The notes beneath the pieces are model-generated. The model saw only the letters and a list, made by a program, of their open reading frames with translations. It did not search any database and had not been told where the DNA came from. Shown here piece after piece: positions 7,743 to 16,655 of a stretch of 41,185 bases of DNA (position 1 is its first letter; each line of letters begins with the position of its first letter). Where the stretch lies: NCBI GenBank assembly GCA_037446635.1, contig JBBIIG010000036.1, positions 1-41,185 of the forward strand. Reading direction: 5' to 3'. The stretch comes from a bacterium (lineage in GTDB: Bacteria > Zhuqueibacterota > Zhuqueibacteria > Oceanimicrobiales > Oceanimicrobiaceae). The position numbers and the translations under genes were made by a program.

Positions 7743-8135
7743 TCATCCTCGCAATAGTTTGATCTCCCTGTCAACCGCCTTTTCAATGAGCTTGATGGCT
7801 TCCGCGTCCTTTCGGCCCTCGATGATATAATATTTGGCCACGTCGGTTAGAATTTCGTCTCGCCACTCGAAGGGAATTTTGAGACGAATGATGATTTCGA
7901 AAATTTTCAGCGCCTTCTTATCGCGGCGATTTTCCAAATAATAAATTTTCGCCAGTTTGCGATAGAGGCTGATCTTCTCCGGGTTTTGTTCGATCAAGTA
8001 CTCAAAAATTTTTCGCGCCCGCCGCAGTTGGCCGCGCCACAGAAAAAAGTCGCCGCGCAGCTCCGGCGAAAACCACACCACGCCAATGCTGAGAAACACC
8101 GCCAAAAAAACGATGGGTACGATGATGAGCGTCAT
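7743..8135 (-). CDS. Small membrane-anchored TPR-like protein
   Basis: N-terminal TM helix followed by helical repeats; ATGA overlap with the PP2C stop at 8132-8135. Confidence 0.8.
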   Translation of the reverse strand: MTLIIVPIVFLAVFLSIGVVWFSPELRGDFFLWRGQLRRARKIFEYLIEQNPEKISLYRKLAKIYYLENRRDKKALKIFEIIIRLKIPFEWRDEILTDVAKYYIIEGRKDAEAIKLIEKAVDREIKLLRG

Positions 8136-9478
8136 TCTCTCTTAGCCACATCTGGCAATTGCAGCCCGGCGGTTTTCCTGATGACGTTGTTGGAGGAATC
8201 GATCAAGAAGATCGAGAACGTCCCCTGAATGAGATCGTGGCCATCTTGGGAAAATGGCGACATGAGATCGAGGACGGCGGCGCGCTCGTCCAGGCGAGCG
8301 GCGTCGTAGTCGCGTTTGCTGTTAAAAAAAACGATCGCCAGTTGCGCGTCTGCGCTCACCGCCGAGCGCAGGATGACCGGCGGCGCGCTTGCTGCGGGCT
8401 GGCTGCCGTTTTTAAAACTCGCGGTTTGCTCCGCTCCCGGATGTTGAACCGCCGCCTCGGAAACCGGCGGCGCCGGCTGCAGGTTCATCCCCAGCAAAAA
8501 GCAGAACACCGCCGTCACTAAGATGGCCGCTGCGAAAATGAATCTCTGATGCATCATATTCAACATTTGAGTTTTGTTGGTAATGGACAGTTTAGTGGAA
8601 CCGTATTTTTCTAAGATAAATTTGTCTTCTTTGATGACGATTTTTTCGTCTTCCTCAGCGATGGTGGCAGAGACGCCCACTTGCCGCGTCTCGGCGCTGT
8701 TCTGGTGGATTTGCGCCAGCGCCGCCGTGATGTTGTCGGTGCCGTCGCGCTTTTTGGCCTTTTCGATCAGCTTTTTGACGACGCCCTCCAACGAATCGCG
8801 ATTCGTGAGGAGCATTTTTTTGATATCCTCGCAAGTTAGCGAGCCGTGCATGCCGTCGGTGGAGAGGAGGTAGATATCGTCCTTTTTGAACTTTTCGCAA
8901 TGGATATCCACGCGCACGGTGGGGCTGGTGCCGAGGGCGCGGGTGATGACGTTTTTTTGCTGAAAGGTTTCGATCTCCTCCTCATTGAGCTCGTTGTCTT
9001 CGATGAGTTCGTTGAGCCAGGAGTGGTCTTCGGTGAGCTGCACCACTTCGCCGTCGCTGAAACGGAAAATGCGGCTGTCGCCCACGTGCACCATGGTGGC
9101 AAAAACGTCATCGAAGGTGATGGCCACGACGGTGGTGCCCATCCCGCGCAGCTTGGGAATTTTTGTCGCGATGCTGAAGAGGCGACGGTTGGCCAGCCGC
9201 ACCGCGACAATCAATCGTTTGGACGACATGGCGAGGCCGGGATCGAGATCTGGGGCGAGCTTGAGAATCAACTCGTCCTTCAAGCCGTGAAACACGTCCT
9301 TGATGGTTTCGACGGCGATCTTGCTGGCGAGGCCGCCGGCAACCTGGCCGCCCATGCCGTCGCACACGATGAGCAGCCGCTCGTCTTTAGACACGTAGTA
9401 GCTGTCCTCGTTGGCCTTTCGCACCGCGCCCACATCGCTCAACGCCGCGGTTGAAATTTTCAGTTCAGAGTTTTTCAT
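8132..9478 (-). CDS. PP2C/PPM Ser/Thr phosphatase (Stp1/PrpC type) with TM helix and C-terminal extracytoplasmic domain
   Basis: DVG..RKANED, VCDGMGG, HVGDSR, TEDHS, LSTDGM, DNIT are all intact; TM segment FIFAAAILVTAVFCFLLG. Confidence 0.92.
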   Translation of the reverse strand: MKNSELKISTAALSDVGAVRKANEDSYYVSKDERLLIVCDGMGGQVAGGLASKIAVETIKDVFHGLKDELILKLAPDLDPGLAMSSKRLIVAVRLANRRLFSIATKIPKLRGMGTTVVAITFDDVFATMVHVGDSRIFRFSDGEVVQLTEDHSWLNELIEDNELNEEEIETFQQKNVITRALGTSPTVRVDIHCEKFKKDDIYLLSTDGMHGSLTCEDIKKMLLTNRDSLEGVVKKLIEKAKKRDGTDNITAALAQIHQNSAETRQVGVSATIAEEDEKIVIKEDKFILEKYGSTKLSITNKTQMLNMMHQRFIFAAAILVTAVFCFLLGMNLQPAPPVSEAAVQHPGAEQTASFKNGSQPAASAPPVILRSAVSADAQLAIVFFNSKRDYDAARLDERAAVLDLMSPFSQDGHDLIQGTFSIFLIDSSNNVIRKTAGLQLPDVAKRE

Positions 9479-9481
9479 GAA

Positions 9482-12154
9482 TTATGCACGCGCCAAGTCC
9501 CGCCGTTTTTTGCGGAGAAAATAGTTGCCGGCCAACACGGCGGCCATCAGCAGGATGGCGCCGATCATGGCGGCGTAGTAGATGCGAATGTCCTGACGTT
9601 TCGGGACGACGCTGTTGGTGTTCTTGCTGTTGCCAAATATTTGCGTCCAAATCGGCACCGGGCTGGCGGTCACGGAATTGCTGGCCAATTTGTAAACCTG
9701 GCCGTCGGCTTTGAAAACCGCGATATCCAGGCGGTGATCGTGGTCGAGATCGGCGATAAGCGGCGGCCCGATGAGGCTGGCGCCCTCCATGCCGTTTTTC
9801 CACAACATGTCGCCGGTCGCCCCTTCGATGATGTAGAGTTGTCCGCTGATATCTGAAGTCACCACGTCCAGCGCGCCGTTTTTGTTGAAGTCGGCGAGGC
9901 TGGGAAACGTCGAGTAATAGGTATCGCTTTTTTCCCACAACATCATTTTGCGATCTTTGCCCTGGCCGTTGCCCTTGAAAGCGCGCAGCCGGCCGCCGGG
10001 CGTTCGCACCATCACGTCCAGCAGGTTGTCGCCGTCGAGGTCTCCCAACAGCAAATTTTGATTAAACTGATTTTCGACTCCATCGCTGGTATCGGGCAGG
10101 TCGTACCACAAGCGTTCGAGGGTGGCGCCATTCAAAGTCATCACCCCCCCTTGATGAGTGAGGACGACGATGTCTGGCGTGCGGTCGCCGTTGAGTTCGC
10201 CAATCGCCGTCGGGTGGCGAATTTGGTGAGTGAGTCCGAAGCTGCCGGTGGCTTTGCTGAATTCTTCGTTGATGTTGATCTCACCCAGGACTTTTTGGCT
10301 GCCGCCGTCGATGAAAACAATTTTGCCGGTTTCGGTGCCGACGATAATTTTGGGGGCGCCGTCGCCGTAAAGGTCGGCCGTGGAGACCACGCTGCGAATG
10401 GGGTCGTCGATTTCCAACTTAAGCCAGCGTGCGTTGCGCAGGCCCGAGTAGCCGATGTAAATGGCGTTGGCTTCCGAGGTGATGGCAATATCCTTCAGGC
10501 CGTCTTTGTTAAAATCACCCACGGCCGGCGGCGCAATCAACGGGCCGGCCAGAATGGGACTTTTCGAGATTTCGATCCCCAGGCGGCCGTCCAGGGCGCG
10601 CACCCGCAGGTCTTTGGAGACCACGATGATGTCCGGGCGGCCGTCGTTGTTCAAATCCTCAACGGTGATGGGCGCGCCCGCGCTGACCTGAAAATCGCTG
10701 ACCGTCCACGCCGGTTTCTGAGCCTGGCCGTCGAAACAACTCAGGGCGCCGTTGGCATCGGCGTAGATAAAATCCATGAAGCGATCGCCATTAAAATCGG
10801 CGATGGCCGGCGCGCTGAGCGGCAGCGCGTTTCCCGAGCTGTCTGCCGCGGTTTTGCCGGCGCTGGAAAGCCAGACGGTCTGGCTGATCATCAGCGGTTC
10901 GGGTTTGTCGGCGATTAAATTTCTGGTGGTGAGCGCCTGCAAAAAAACCAGCGCGCCGAGGGCCAGCAGCGCCAGGGAATAAAACCCAATTAATTTCAAA
11001 CGATGCCGAACATGCCAGGGGCCGGCCTTGCGCGGAAAAGAGAAATCCCAGTCGCCCTCGGCAACCATGCGCAGGATGTGGCTTTGGCGGTCGCTGACGA
11101 TTTCAATTTCGTCGCCGGGCTGGATTTCGACATTGTCCGACGGCTCGAGCTTACGCTGATTGAGATACGTGCGGCTTTTGCTGCGTTTATCTAAAAGAAT
11201 GTATTTGCCGTTGCGATAGGAGATGGTGGCGTGCCGCCGGGAAACGCTTTGATCGATTTTGCCGCGGGAGTTTTTTTTGATGACGATGTCGTTCACTTTG
11301 CGGTCGCGGCCGATGCGCGTGTCCGGGTAGCGCAGGCGAAATTTTCTGCCGAGGTAATAACCGTTGATTCCAATCAGATAATGAATTCGGGCCGGGGTCT
11401 GCTCGTGAATGGCAGGCGGCTCGCTCAAATCCTGAACTCGCCGGCCGTTGCTCTCCGCGGCCAACTTGGGAGGGGCATCCAAGGGCGGCCGTGTTATGTT
11501 TTCGGTATCGAAATCGAGGATGGCCTCTTTGCGATTGTTGCTTTCCACGAACGTCAGTTGTGGATTCGTACTGGCGGGCGGCTTGGTTTCCAAATAGGTG
11601 AGCGTTGCTTCCGCGCGCGGCGCGGGGATGAAATCCGCCGGCGCCTCCTCGTCGGAGGCGCCGTTGTTTTCAACATCGAAATCGGCTTTTTTGTCGAAGG
11701 CCTGGTCGTCATCCTTGAGCCACGAATTCAAATTCGTCAAGTTTGGCACGCCAGCCATGCGCTGCTCCCATTTTCGGGAGTCGTGTTCCACGCCTTCGTC
11801 TGCTGCCAATCCGCTTCCCGGGTAAGACTCGGTGATGAAGCGGCTTTTGGTTTCTCCCTTGGGATTCAAAAAGGTCAATTTGTGAATTCCCAGACCCACC
11901 TCGTCGTGGTCATGAATCGAGGTTCTGCCGGAAATTTTTCTGCCGTTGACAAAAGTGCCGTTTTGGCTCTGCAAATCGCGCACGTAATATTCGCCGTTCT
12001 GTTTTTCGAATTGCAAGTGAAAGAACGAGACTTTATCGTCCTCGACGAGAATATCGTTTCCCTGCTCGGAGCCAACGGTGAACGCGAGCACATCTTCCGG
12101 TATGGAGATTTTCTTCACCAGAAGCTGGTTTTTTTTAATGATAATTTTAGGCAT
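9482..12154 (-). CDS. Two FHA domains + TM + FG-GAP/VCBS beta-propeller + C-terminal TM anchor
   Basis: FHA1 (VSFFH, DLQSQNGTFVNG); FHA2 (IGRD, VSRRHA); repeated D(F/L)NGDGxxDI motifs; two hydrophobic helices, the last followed by RKKRR. Confidence 0.88.
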   Translation of the reverse strand: MPKIIIKKNQLLVKKISIPEDVLAFTVGSEQGNDILVEDDKVSFFHLQFEKQNGEYYVRDLQSQNGTFVNGRKISGRTSIHDHDEVGLGIHKLTFLNPKGETKSRFITESYPGSGLAADEGVEHDSRKWEQRMAGVPNLTNLNSWLKDDDQAFDKKADFDVENNGASDEEAPADFIPAPRAEATLTYLETKPPASTNPQLTFVESNNRKEAILDFDTENITRPPLDAPPKLAAESNGRRVQDLSEPPAIHEQTPARIHYLIGINGYYLGRKFRLRYPDTRIGRDRKVNDIVIKKNSRGKIDQSVSRRHATISYRNGKYILLDKRSKSRTYLNQRKLEPSDNVEIQPGDEIEIVSDRQSHILRMVAEGDWDFSFPRKAGPWHVRHRLKLIGFYSLALLALGALVFLQALTTRNLIADKPEPLMISQTVWLSSAGKTAADSSGNALPLSAPAIADFNGDRFMDFIYADANGALSCFDGQAQKPAWTVSDFQVSAGAPITVEDLNNDGRPDIIVVSKDLRVRALDGRLGIEISKSPILAGPLIAPPAVGDFNKDGLKDIAITSEANAIYIGYSGLRNARWLKLEIDDPIRSVVSTADLYGDGAPKIIVGTETGKIVFIDGGSQKVLGEININEEFSKATGSFGLTHQIRHPTAIGELNGDRTPDIVVLTHQGGVMTLNGATLERLWYDLPDTSDGVENQFNQNLLLGDLDGDNLLDVMVRTPGGRLRAFKGNGQGKDRKMMLWEKSDTYYSTFPSLADFNKNGALDVVTSDISGQLYIIEGATGDMLWKNGMEGASLIGPPLIADLDHDHRLDIAVFKADGQVYKLASNSVTASPVPIWTQIFGNSKNTNSVVPKRQDIRIYYAAMIGAILLMAAVLAGNYFLRKKRRDLARA

Positions 12155-12163
12155 GACGCCGGA

Positions 12164-14779
12164 TTAGTTTGACGGATAGAGTTTAAATTCCAAAGCATTC
12201 GCTTCACCGGCGCGCGCTAACAGAGTTTTGAACAGCGCGCGGTATCCCGTCTTCTTGACGGTGAACACGTAATTGTCTGCGGGCAATTGGCCAAGGCCCT
12301 CGCCGCGCGCATCCGTGCGCGTGAAAAAAATATCGATGGTACGAGGCGTCTCTAAATAGTTGTAATAAATTTCCACCTCCGGAATCGCCAATCCGGAGAG
12401 GGCGTCCACCACTTTGATTTCAATTGCGGCGCGCAGCGGTTCCATCGCCACCTGCACCAGCTGCTCGTCCGCGCCAATTTGCACTTCGGTGCGCTGGTAG
12501 CCGTCTTTCTGCAGCACGGCGGTATGCGGGTAAGCCGACAGCGTCATCTCAAATGGGGTCGTGCGGCTGGCGCGCAAAACGTTGTTGCTGCCGCGGCGCA
12601 AGATCACCAACTGCGCCCCGAGGTCCCGGCGGCTGGGGTCGCCCTCGTCGTAGGCGCGAAACTGCACGTTGCGCGACAACACCGCGGAGACGCTGCCGCG
12701 GAAATTTTTATCCACCTGCACGCTCACCCGCTGCGAAATGAAATTGCGTTTGCGCAGCTCGAGGTCGTGTTTGCCGGCGGAGAGCACCAGCGGCGGCCCG
12801 CCGCTGACGCCGAGAACGGTGTTGGTTTTTACATCGACGATTTCAACGCCGGTGGGCACGGTTTCAAAAACCACCGGCTTGCGAAAAATGCCTTTTATCG
12901 AATAGACGGTGATTGCGTCGTTTAAAATTTTCATTTCCCAGAAACGGCGGTCTTCCACCACGTCGAAACCCTCTAACGTGTTGAGACTGTAGCCGCTCAA
13001 GCGCTGGAATCCTTCATACTCCATCTCGATGGAAATGGGGTTGCCCACTTCCCAGGTGACGGCGCAGGGAGTTTTTTGCGTGTAGCGGATACCGTTGATA
13101 AACACCGCGGCGTTGGGTGGATCCGAATCGAGTTGAATATCCGTATTGAAGCGGAAGAGGTAACTGGTCTGGCTGCCGTTTTGCGCTTCCCCCTGAACCC
13201 GGATGGCGCCTTCGCGCGGCACAAAAAGCGATTTCACGATGGGCTTGTAGCCGGCAAGCTGCAATTCCAATTTGTGGACACCGGGCGCGATCTTATCGAG
13301 GGCCACTGGCGACCGTCCGGAAATTTCCTGGTCGTCGATAAAAACCTGCGCGTTGGGAGGCACGGTGACGATTTCGATGGCCGGCGGAAACAGGCGATCG
13401 TACATCCACACGCCAGCGCGCGTCCAGCCTTTCATAGTGTCGAGCACGCCAAAGGCGGCGACGCCGGCCAGCAGCGCCGCCCCGAATTGAATCAATCGGC
13501 GCTTGTTGTTGCGGGCGGAGATGCGGATCACGTCGATGACGGTTTTCATATTATCTTCGTCGTCGCCATCACCATCGCCGTATTCGGCGGTGACGATGGG
13601 CCTGAGATTTTCGGTGCGGATGATGTTCGCCGTGCGGCTGATGCTGGCGGTGCGATTGGCCGGTGTGAACAGCGGCTGTGAAATTTCCGTCGAAGTCGGT
13701 TCGGGAAGGGTATCTCCGCCCCAACGATTTGAAATCGTCGGACTGGAGGGGGCGGAGGGCTCCGAAGTCGGCGACAGGTCATCCAGGCGATCCATGTAGG
13801 GCGTCGCCGCCATCGGCGCAGGTTGGATGCCGCCGGGGGTGACGGTTTCGTTTTGAAAGAGCTCGTTGACAAAATCGGCCAAGCTGTCCATCAACTCGCC
13901 GCTGATGTCGCATGAAATCAAATATTGATAGAGATCGATGTACATGTGATTGGCGCTCTGGTAGCGCTTGCTGAGATCGATTTCCAGCGCGCGTGCGAAA
14001 ATTTTTTCCAGAGCTGAAGGCAACTTTTTCCCTTTCAAAGCTTTTTTAAGCCATTTGGGATTTTTACCGGCAGCGATCACCTCTTCCTGCGAGTTGAACA
14101 GCCGCTCGCCGAACAGAATTTCGTACAACACCAAACCCAGAGCAAACAGGTCGGAGCGATGGTCGGGGTGATTGCCCATGATCAACTGTTCGGGGGACAT
14201 GTAGGGGATTTTTCCGCGTAATTTGGTGTCGCGCTTTTCTTTGGTTTGATGGCGCTTCACTGAGGCGATTCCGAAGTCGATGAGCTTCACGCCGCCGAAG
14301 CGGGAGATCATGATATTGGAGGGGGAGATATCCTGGTGCACGAGATTGAGGGCTTTGTTGGTGAAGGCGTCGCGGCGGTGGTGGGCGTAGTCCAGCGCCA
14401 TGCAGACCTCCGCGATGACGTAAACCGCCAACGGTGCGGGAAATTTCAAGCCGCGTTTTTTGATGACGCGCAGGACTTTTTCCAGGTCCTTGCCGTCGAT
14501 GTATTCCATTATAATATACAGACGGCCGTCGGAGGTCTTTTTCAGTTCATAAATGTGAACGATGTTGTTGTGATTGAGCTTGGCGATGTTCAGCGCTTCT
14601 TCTTCGAACATGTCCAGGTATTTTGGATCTTCGAGCAGGGAGGGCGCGATTTCTTTGATGGCCACCGGCTTGTTCAGTTTATTATCAACGCCGTAATAGA
14701 CAATTCCAAAACCGCCTTGTTTGATTTCGTGAATGATCTCATATTTATCGTCGAGGATTTTTCTGTTTAGAAGAGCCAT
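12164..14779 (-). CDS. Hanks-type Ser/Thr kinase with TM helix and extracytoplasmic PEGA-like repeats
   Basis: GGFGIVY, VAIK, FEEEA, HQDISPSN, DFG, YMSPE; PEGA-like TVPPNAQVFIDD and SDPPNAAVFING; ATG 14779 preceded by GAGG. Confidence 0.92.
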   Translation of the reverse strand: MALLNRKILDDKYEIIHEIKQGGFGIVYYGVDNKLNKPVAIKEIAPSLLEDPKYLDMFEEEALNIAKLNHNNIVHIYELKKTSDGRLYIIMEYIDGKDLEKVLRVIKKRGLKFPAPLAVYVIAEVCMALDYAHHRRDAFTNKALNLVHQDISPSNIMISRFGGVKLIDFGIASVKRHQTKEKRDTKLRGKIPYMSPEQLIMGNHPDHRSDLFALGLVLYEILFGERLFNSQEEVIAAGKNPKWLKKALKGKKLPSALEKIFARALEIDLSKRYQSANHMYIDLYQYLISCDISGELMDSLADFVNELFQNETVTPGGIQPAPMAATPYMDRLDDLSPTSEPSAPSSPTISNRWGGDTLPEPTSTEISQPLFTPANRTASISRTANIIRTENLRPIVTAEYGDGDGDDEDNMKTVIDVIRISARNNKRRLIQFGAALLAGVAAFGVLDTMKGWTRAGVWMYDRLFPPAIEIVTVPPNAQVFIDDQEISGRSPVALDKIAPGVHKLELQLAGYKPIVKSLFVPREGAIRVQGEAQNGSQTSYLFRFNTDIQLDSDPPNAAVFINGIRYTQKTPCAVTWEVGNPISIEMEYEGFQRLSGYSLNTLEGFDVVEDRRFWEMKILNDAITVYSIKGIFRKPVVFETVPTGVEIVDVKTNTVLGVSGGPPLVLSAGKHDLELRKRNFISQRVSVQVDKNFRGSVSAVLSRNVQFRAYDEGDPSRRDLGAQLVILRRGSNNVLRASRTTPFEMTLSAYPHTAVLQKDGYQRTEVQIGADEQLVQVAMEPLRAAIEIKVVDALSGLAIPEVEIYYNYLETPRTIDIFFTRTDARGEGLGQLPADNYVFTVKKTGYRALFKTLLARAGEANALEFKLYPSN

Positions 14780-14856
14780 CGTAGATGCTGACCTCAGGTT
14801 GCGTATGAATTGATCGCGGAGTAGTAGCACGACCTGCCTATAATGCGCGTGCCGAA

Positions 14857-14872
14857 AGCAACCGCTATGCCA
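14857..14872 (-). promoter_or_regulatory. Sigma-54 (-24/-12) promoter for the kinase operon
   Basis: Minus strand TGGCATAGCGGTTGCT matches TGGCAC-N5-TTGC(A/T) with exact spacing, about 80 nt upstream of the kinase ATG. Confidence 0.75.
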
Positions 14873-15008
14873 TGCCGGCAGCCCACACTTTTGTCTTCAA
14901 TATATCCTCTTGCAATTACGTGCGTTAAGTTTAAGTTGCGTATTTCATAATGAAAAATTCTCATTGTGCCGTTTTGATTCACTTGTCCGAAATTTGAACA
15001 AAACGAGT

Positions 15009-15155
15009 TAGCCTGAATAATTCACGAAGCGCCTGTCATTCAGGAGGAATCCTTTTAGCAAACAGTAGGATAGCGCAATAAAAAGACTCCTCCTGAGTGA
15101 CATAACGATTCTCGACACTCAACTTAAATTATGAATTCATGAATTAATCAGGTTA
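15009..15155. mobile_element. MITE-like element of about 147 bp with 20-bp imperfect terminal inverted repeats and an internal hairpin
   Basis: tagcctgaataattcacgaa ... ttcatgaattaatcaggtta (17/20 complementary); inner arms tgtcattcaggaggaatcctttt / aaaaagactcctcctgagtgaca. Confidence 0.65.
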
Positions 15156-15221
15156 GAAGAAGCGGCTAAAAAATTTCGGGGCAAAGGCATCCCAGGCAGG
15201 GCTACTATTTCTTTTTTTTTA

Positions 15222-15250
15222 TTGCATTTGAGTCGGGATTATCATATCTT
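15222..15250 (+). promoter_or_regulatory. Putative sigma-70 promoter of the rsb-mla operon
   Basis: TTGCAT-17 nt-TATCTT preceded by a T-tract. Confidence 0.5.
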
Positions 15251-15296
15251 TTTATTCACATTTTTGCCCGTAAAACCTGAGACTCATCTATTGCAC

Positions 15297-16625
15297 ATGG
15301 CAAAACTGCATCCAAAGGCAAGCGAATCCCCACGACTGAATCGAGTTGAGGAAGCGACAACTTTGCGCCGCAAAGTTGATGAGCTGCGCAGTCTTATCGA
15401 GGTCAGCATCATCATCAATTCGGCCAGCGATCTGGACGAGCTGATTACGCTGGTGATGGAAAAAGCCCAGAGCGTGATGAAAGCGGAAGCCAGCTCGGTG
15501 ATGTTGATTAACGAAGAAAAGAACATTTTGGAATGCACCTTTGCCCGCGGCGAAGTGGGCGCGCAGATTCAAAATAAAATTCAATTGCAGATTGGAGAGG
15601 GGATAGCGGGCTGGGTGGCCAAACACGGGCAGCCGCTCATCGTTCCAGACGTTTCGGTGGATCCCCGTTTCGCCTCGAAAGTGGATGACTCTACCGGTTT
15701 CCAGACCCGCACCATTCTCGCCGCGCCGCTGATGGTGAAAGATAAAATCATCGGCGTCGCCGAAGTCATTAACCGTATGGACGGCGAGGCCTTCAACGAA
15801 GACAACCTCGAGCTCTTTTCCACCTTTTGCCGGCAAGTGGCTATGGCCATTGAAAACGCCCGCATGTATCAGTTAAAAATGGAAAAGCAAAAAATCGAGC
15901 AGCAGTTGGAAGCGGCGAAAACCATTCAGCAGAGTTTTATGCCGCAAACCTTTCCCGACGGCCCCGACAAAAAATTTTCCATTGCTGGCAGAAGCCTGCC
16001 CGCCGTCTCCATCGGCGGCGATTTTTTTGATATTATCGAATTCGACAACAACCACATCGGCATTGCGGTGGGCGATGTGACCGGCAAAGGCATTCCGGCG
16101 GCGTTATACATGGCGCGCTTCGTGAGCGATTTTCGGATTTATTCTCGCAATAACCTCAACCCGTTGCCGGTGCTCAAAGCCTTAAATGACAATTTGGTCG
16201 AACGCAGCCGCCGCGGTATGTTTGTAACTTTCCAATACGGAATTTTGAACGTGGTAACGGGCGAATTTATTTACGCCAATGCCGGTCACATTCCGTTCAT
16301 TCGCATCCATGGCCGCACGCACACCATCGAGTTGCTCAAAGAAGCCAAGAGCATTCCGTTGGGGATTTTGCCGGAAATCAACCTTAAAGAAGAGACCGTT
16401 CAATTAGCCCAAGGCGATGTGGTCGTTTCCATCACCGACGGCATTATCGAGGCCAAGAATAAAGCGGGAGGGGTGTACTCGTTGGAGCGGACGCTGGACA
16501 TTCTTTCGGAAAACAACCGCTCGGTGCAGGAGCTGGTGGATGACTTGCTGAAGTCGGTGCAGGACTTTGCAATTGGCGTTGAGCAGTACGATGACCTGAC
16601 GGTTTTGGCGCTGAAGTGGCGGTGA
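15297..16625 (+). CDS. rsbU: GAF + SpoIIE/RsbU-family PP2C phosphatase
   Basis: GAF domain, then GGDFFD, GDVTGKGIPAA, NAGH, TDGIIEA, DDLT; the ORF track's TTG at 15222 is the putative -35 box, so ATG 15297 is used. Confidence 0.9.
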   Translation: MAKLHPKASESPRLNRVEEATTLRRKVDELRSLIEVSIIINSASDLDELITLVMEKAQSVMKAEASSVMLINEEKNILECTFARGEVGAQIQNKIQLQIGEGIAGWVAKHGQPLIVPDVSVDPRFASKVDDSTGFQTRTILAAPLMVKDKIIGVAEVINRMDGEAFNEDNLELFSTFCRQVAMAIENARMYQLKMEKQKIEQQLEAAKTIQQSFMPQTFPDGPDKKFSIAGRSLPAVSIGGDFFDIIEFDNNHIGIAVGDVTGKGIPAALYMARFVSDFRIYSRNNLNPLPVLKALNDNLVERSRRGMFVTFQYGILNVVTGEFIYANAGHIPFIRIHGRTHTIELLKEAKSIPLGILPEINLKEETVQLAQGDVVVSITDGIIEAKNKAGGVYSLERTLDILSENNRSVQELVDDLLKSVQDFAIGVEQYDDLTVLALKWR

Positions 16626-16655
16626 CGCCGTCGAGCTGGTTTAGGGAGAAACGAG

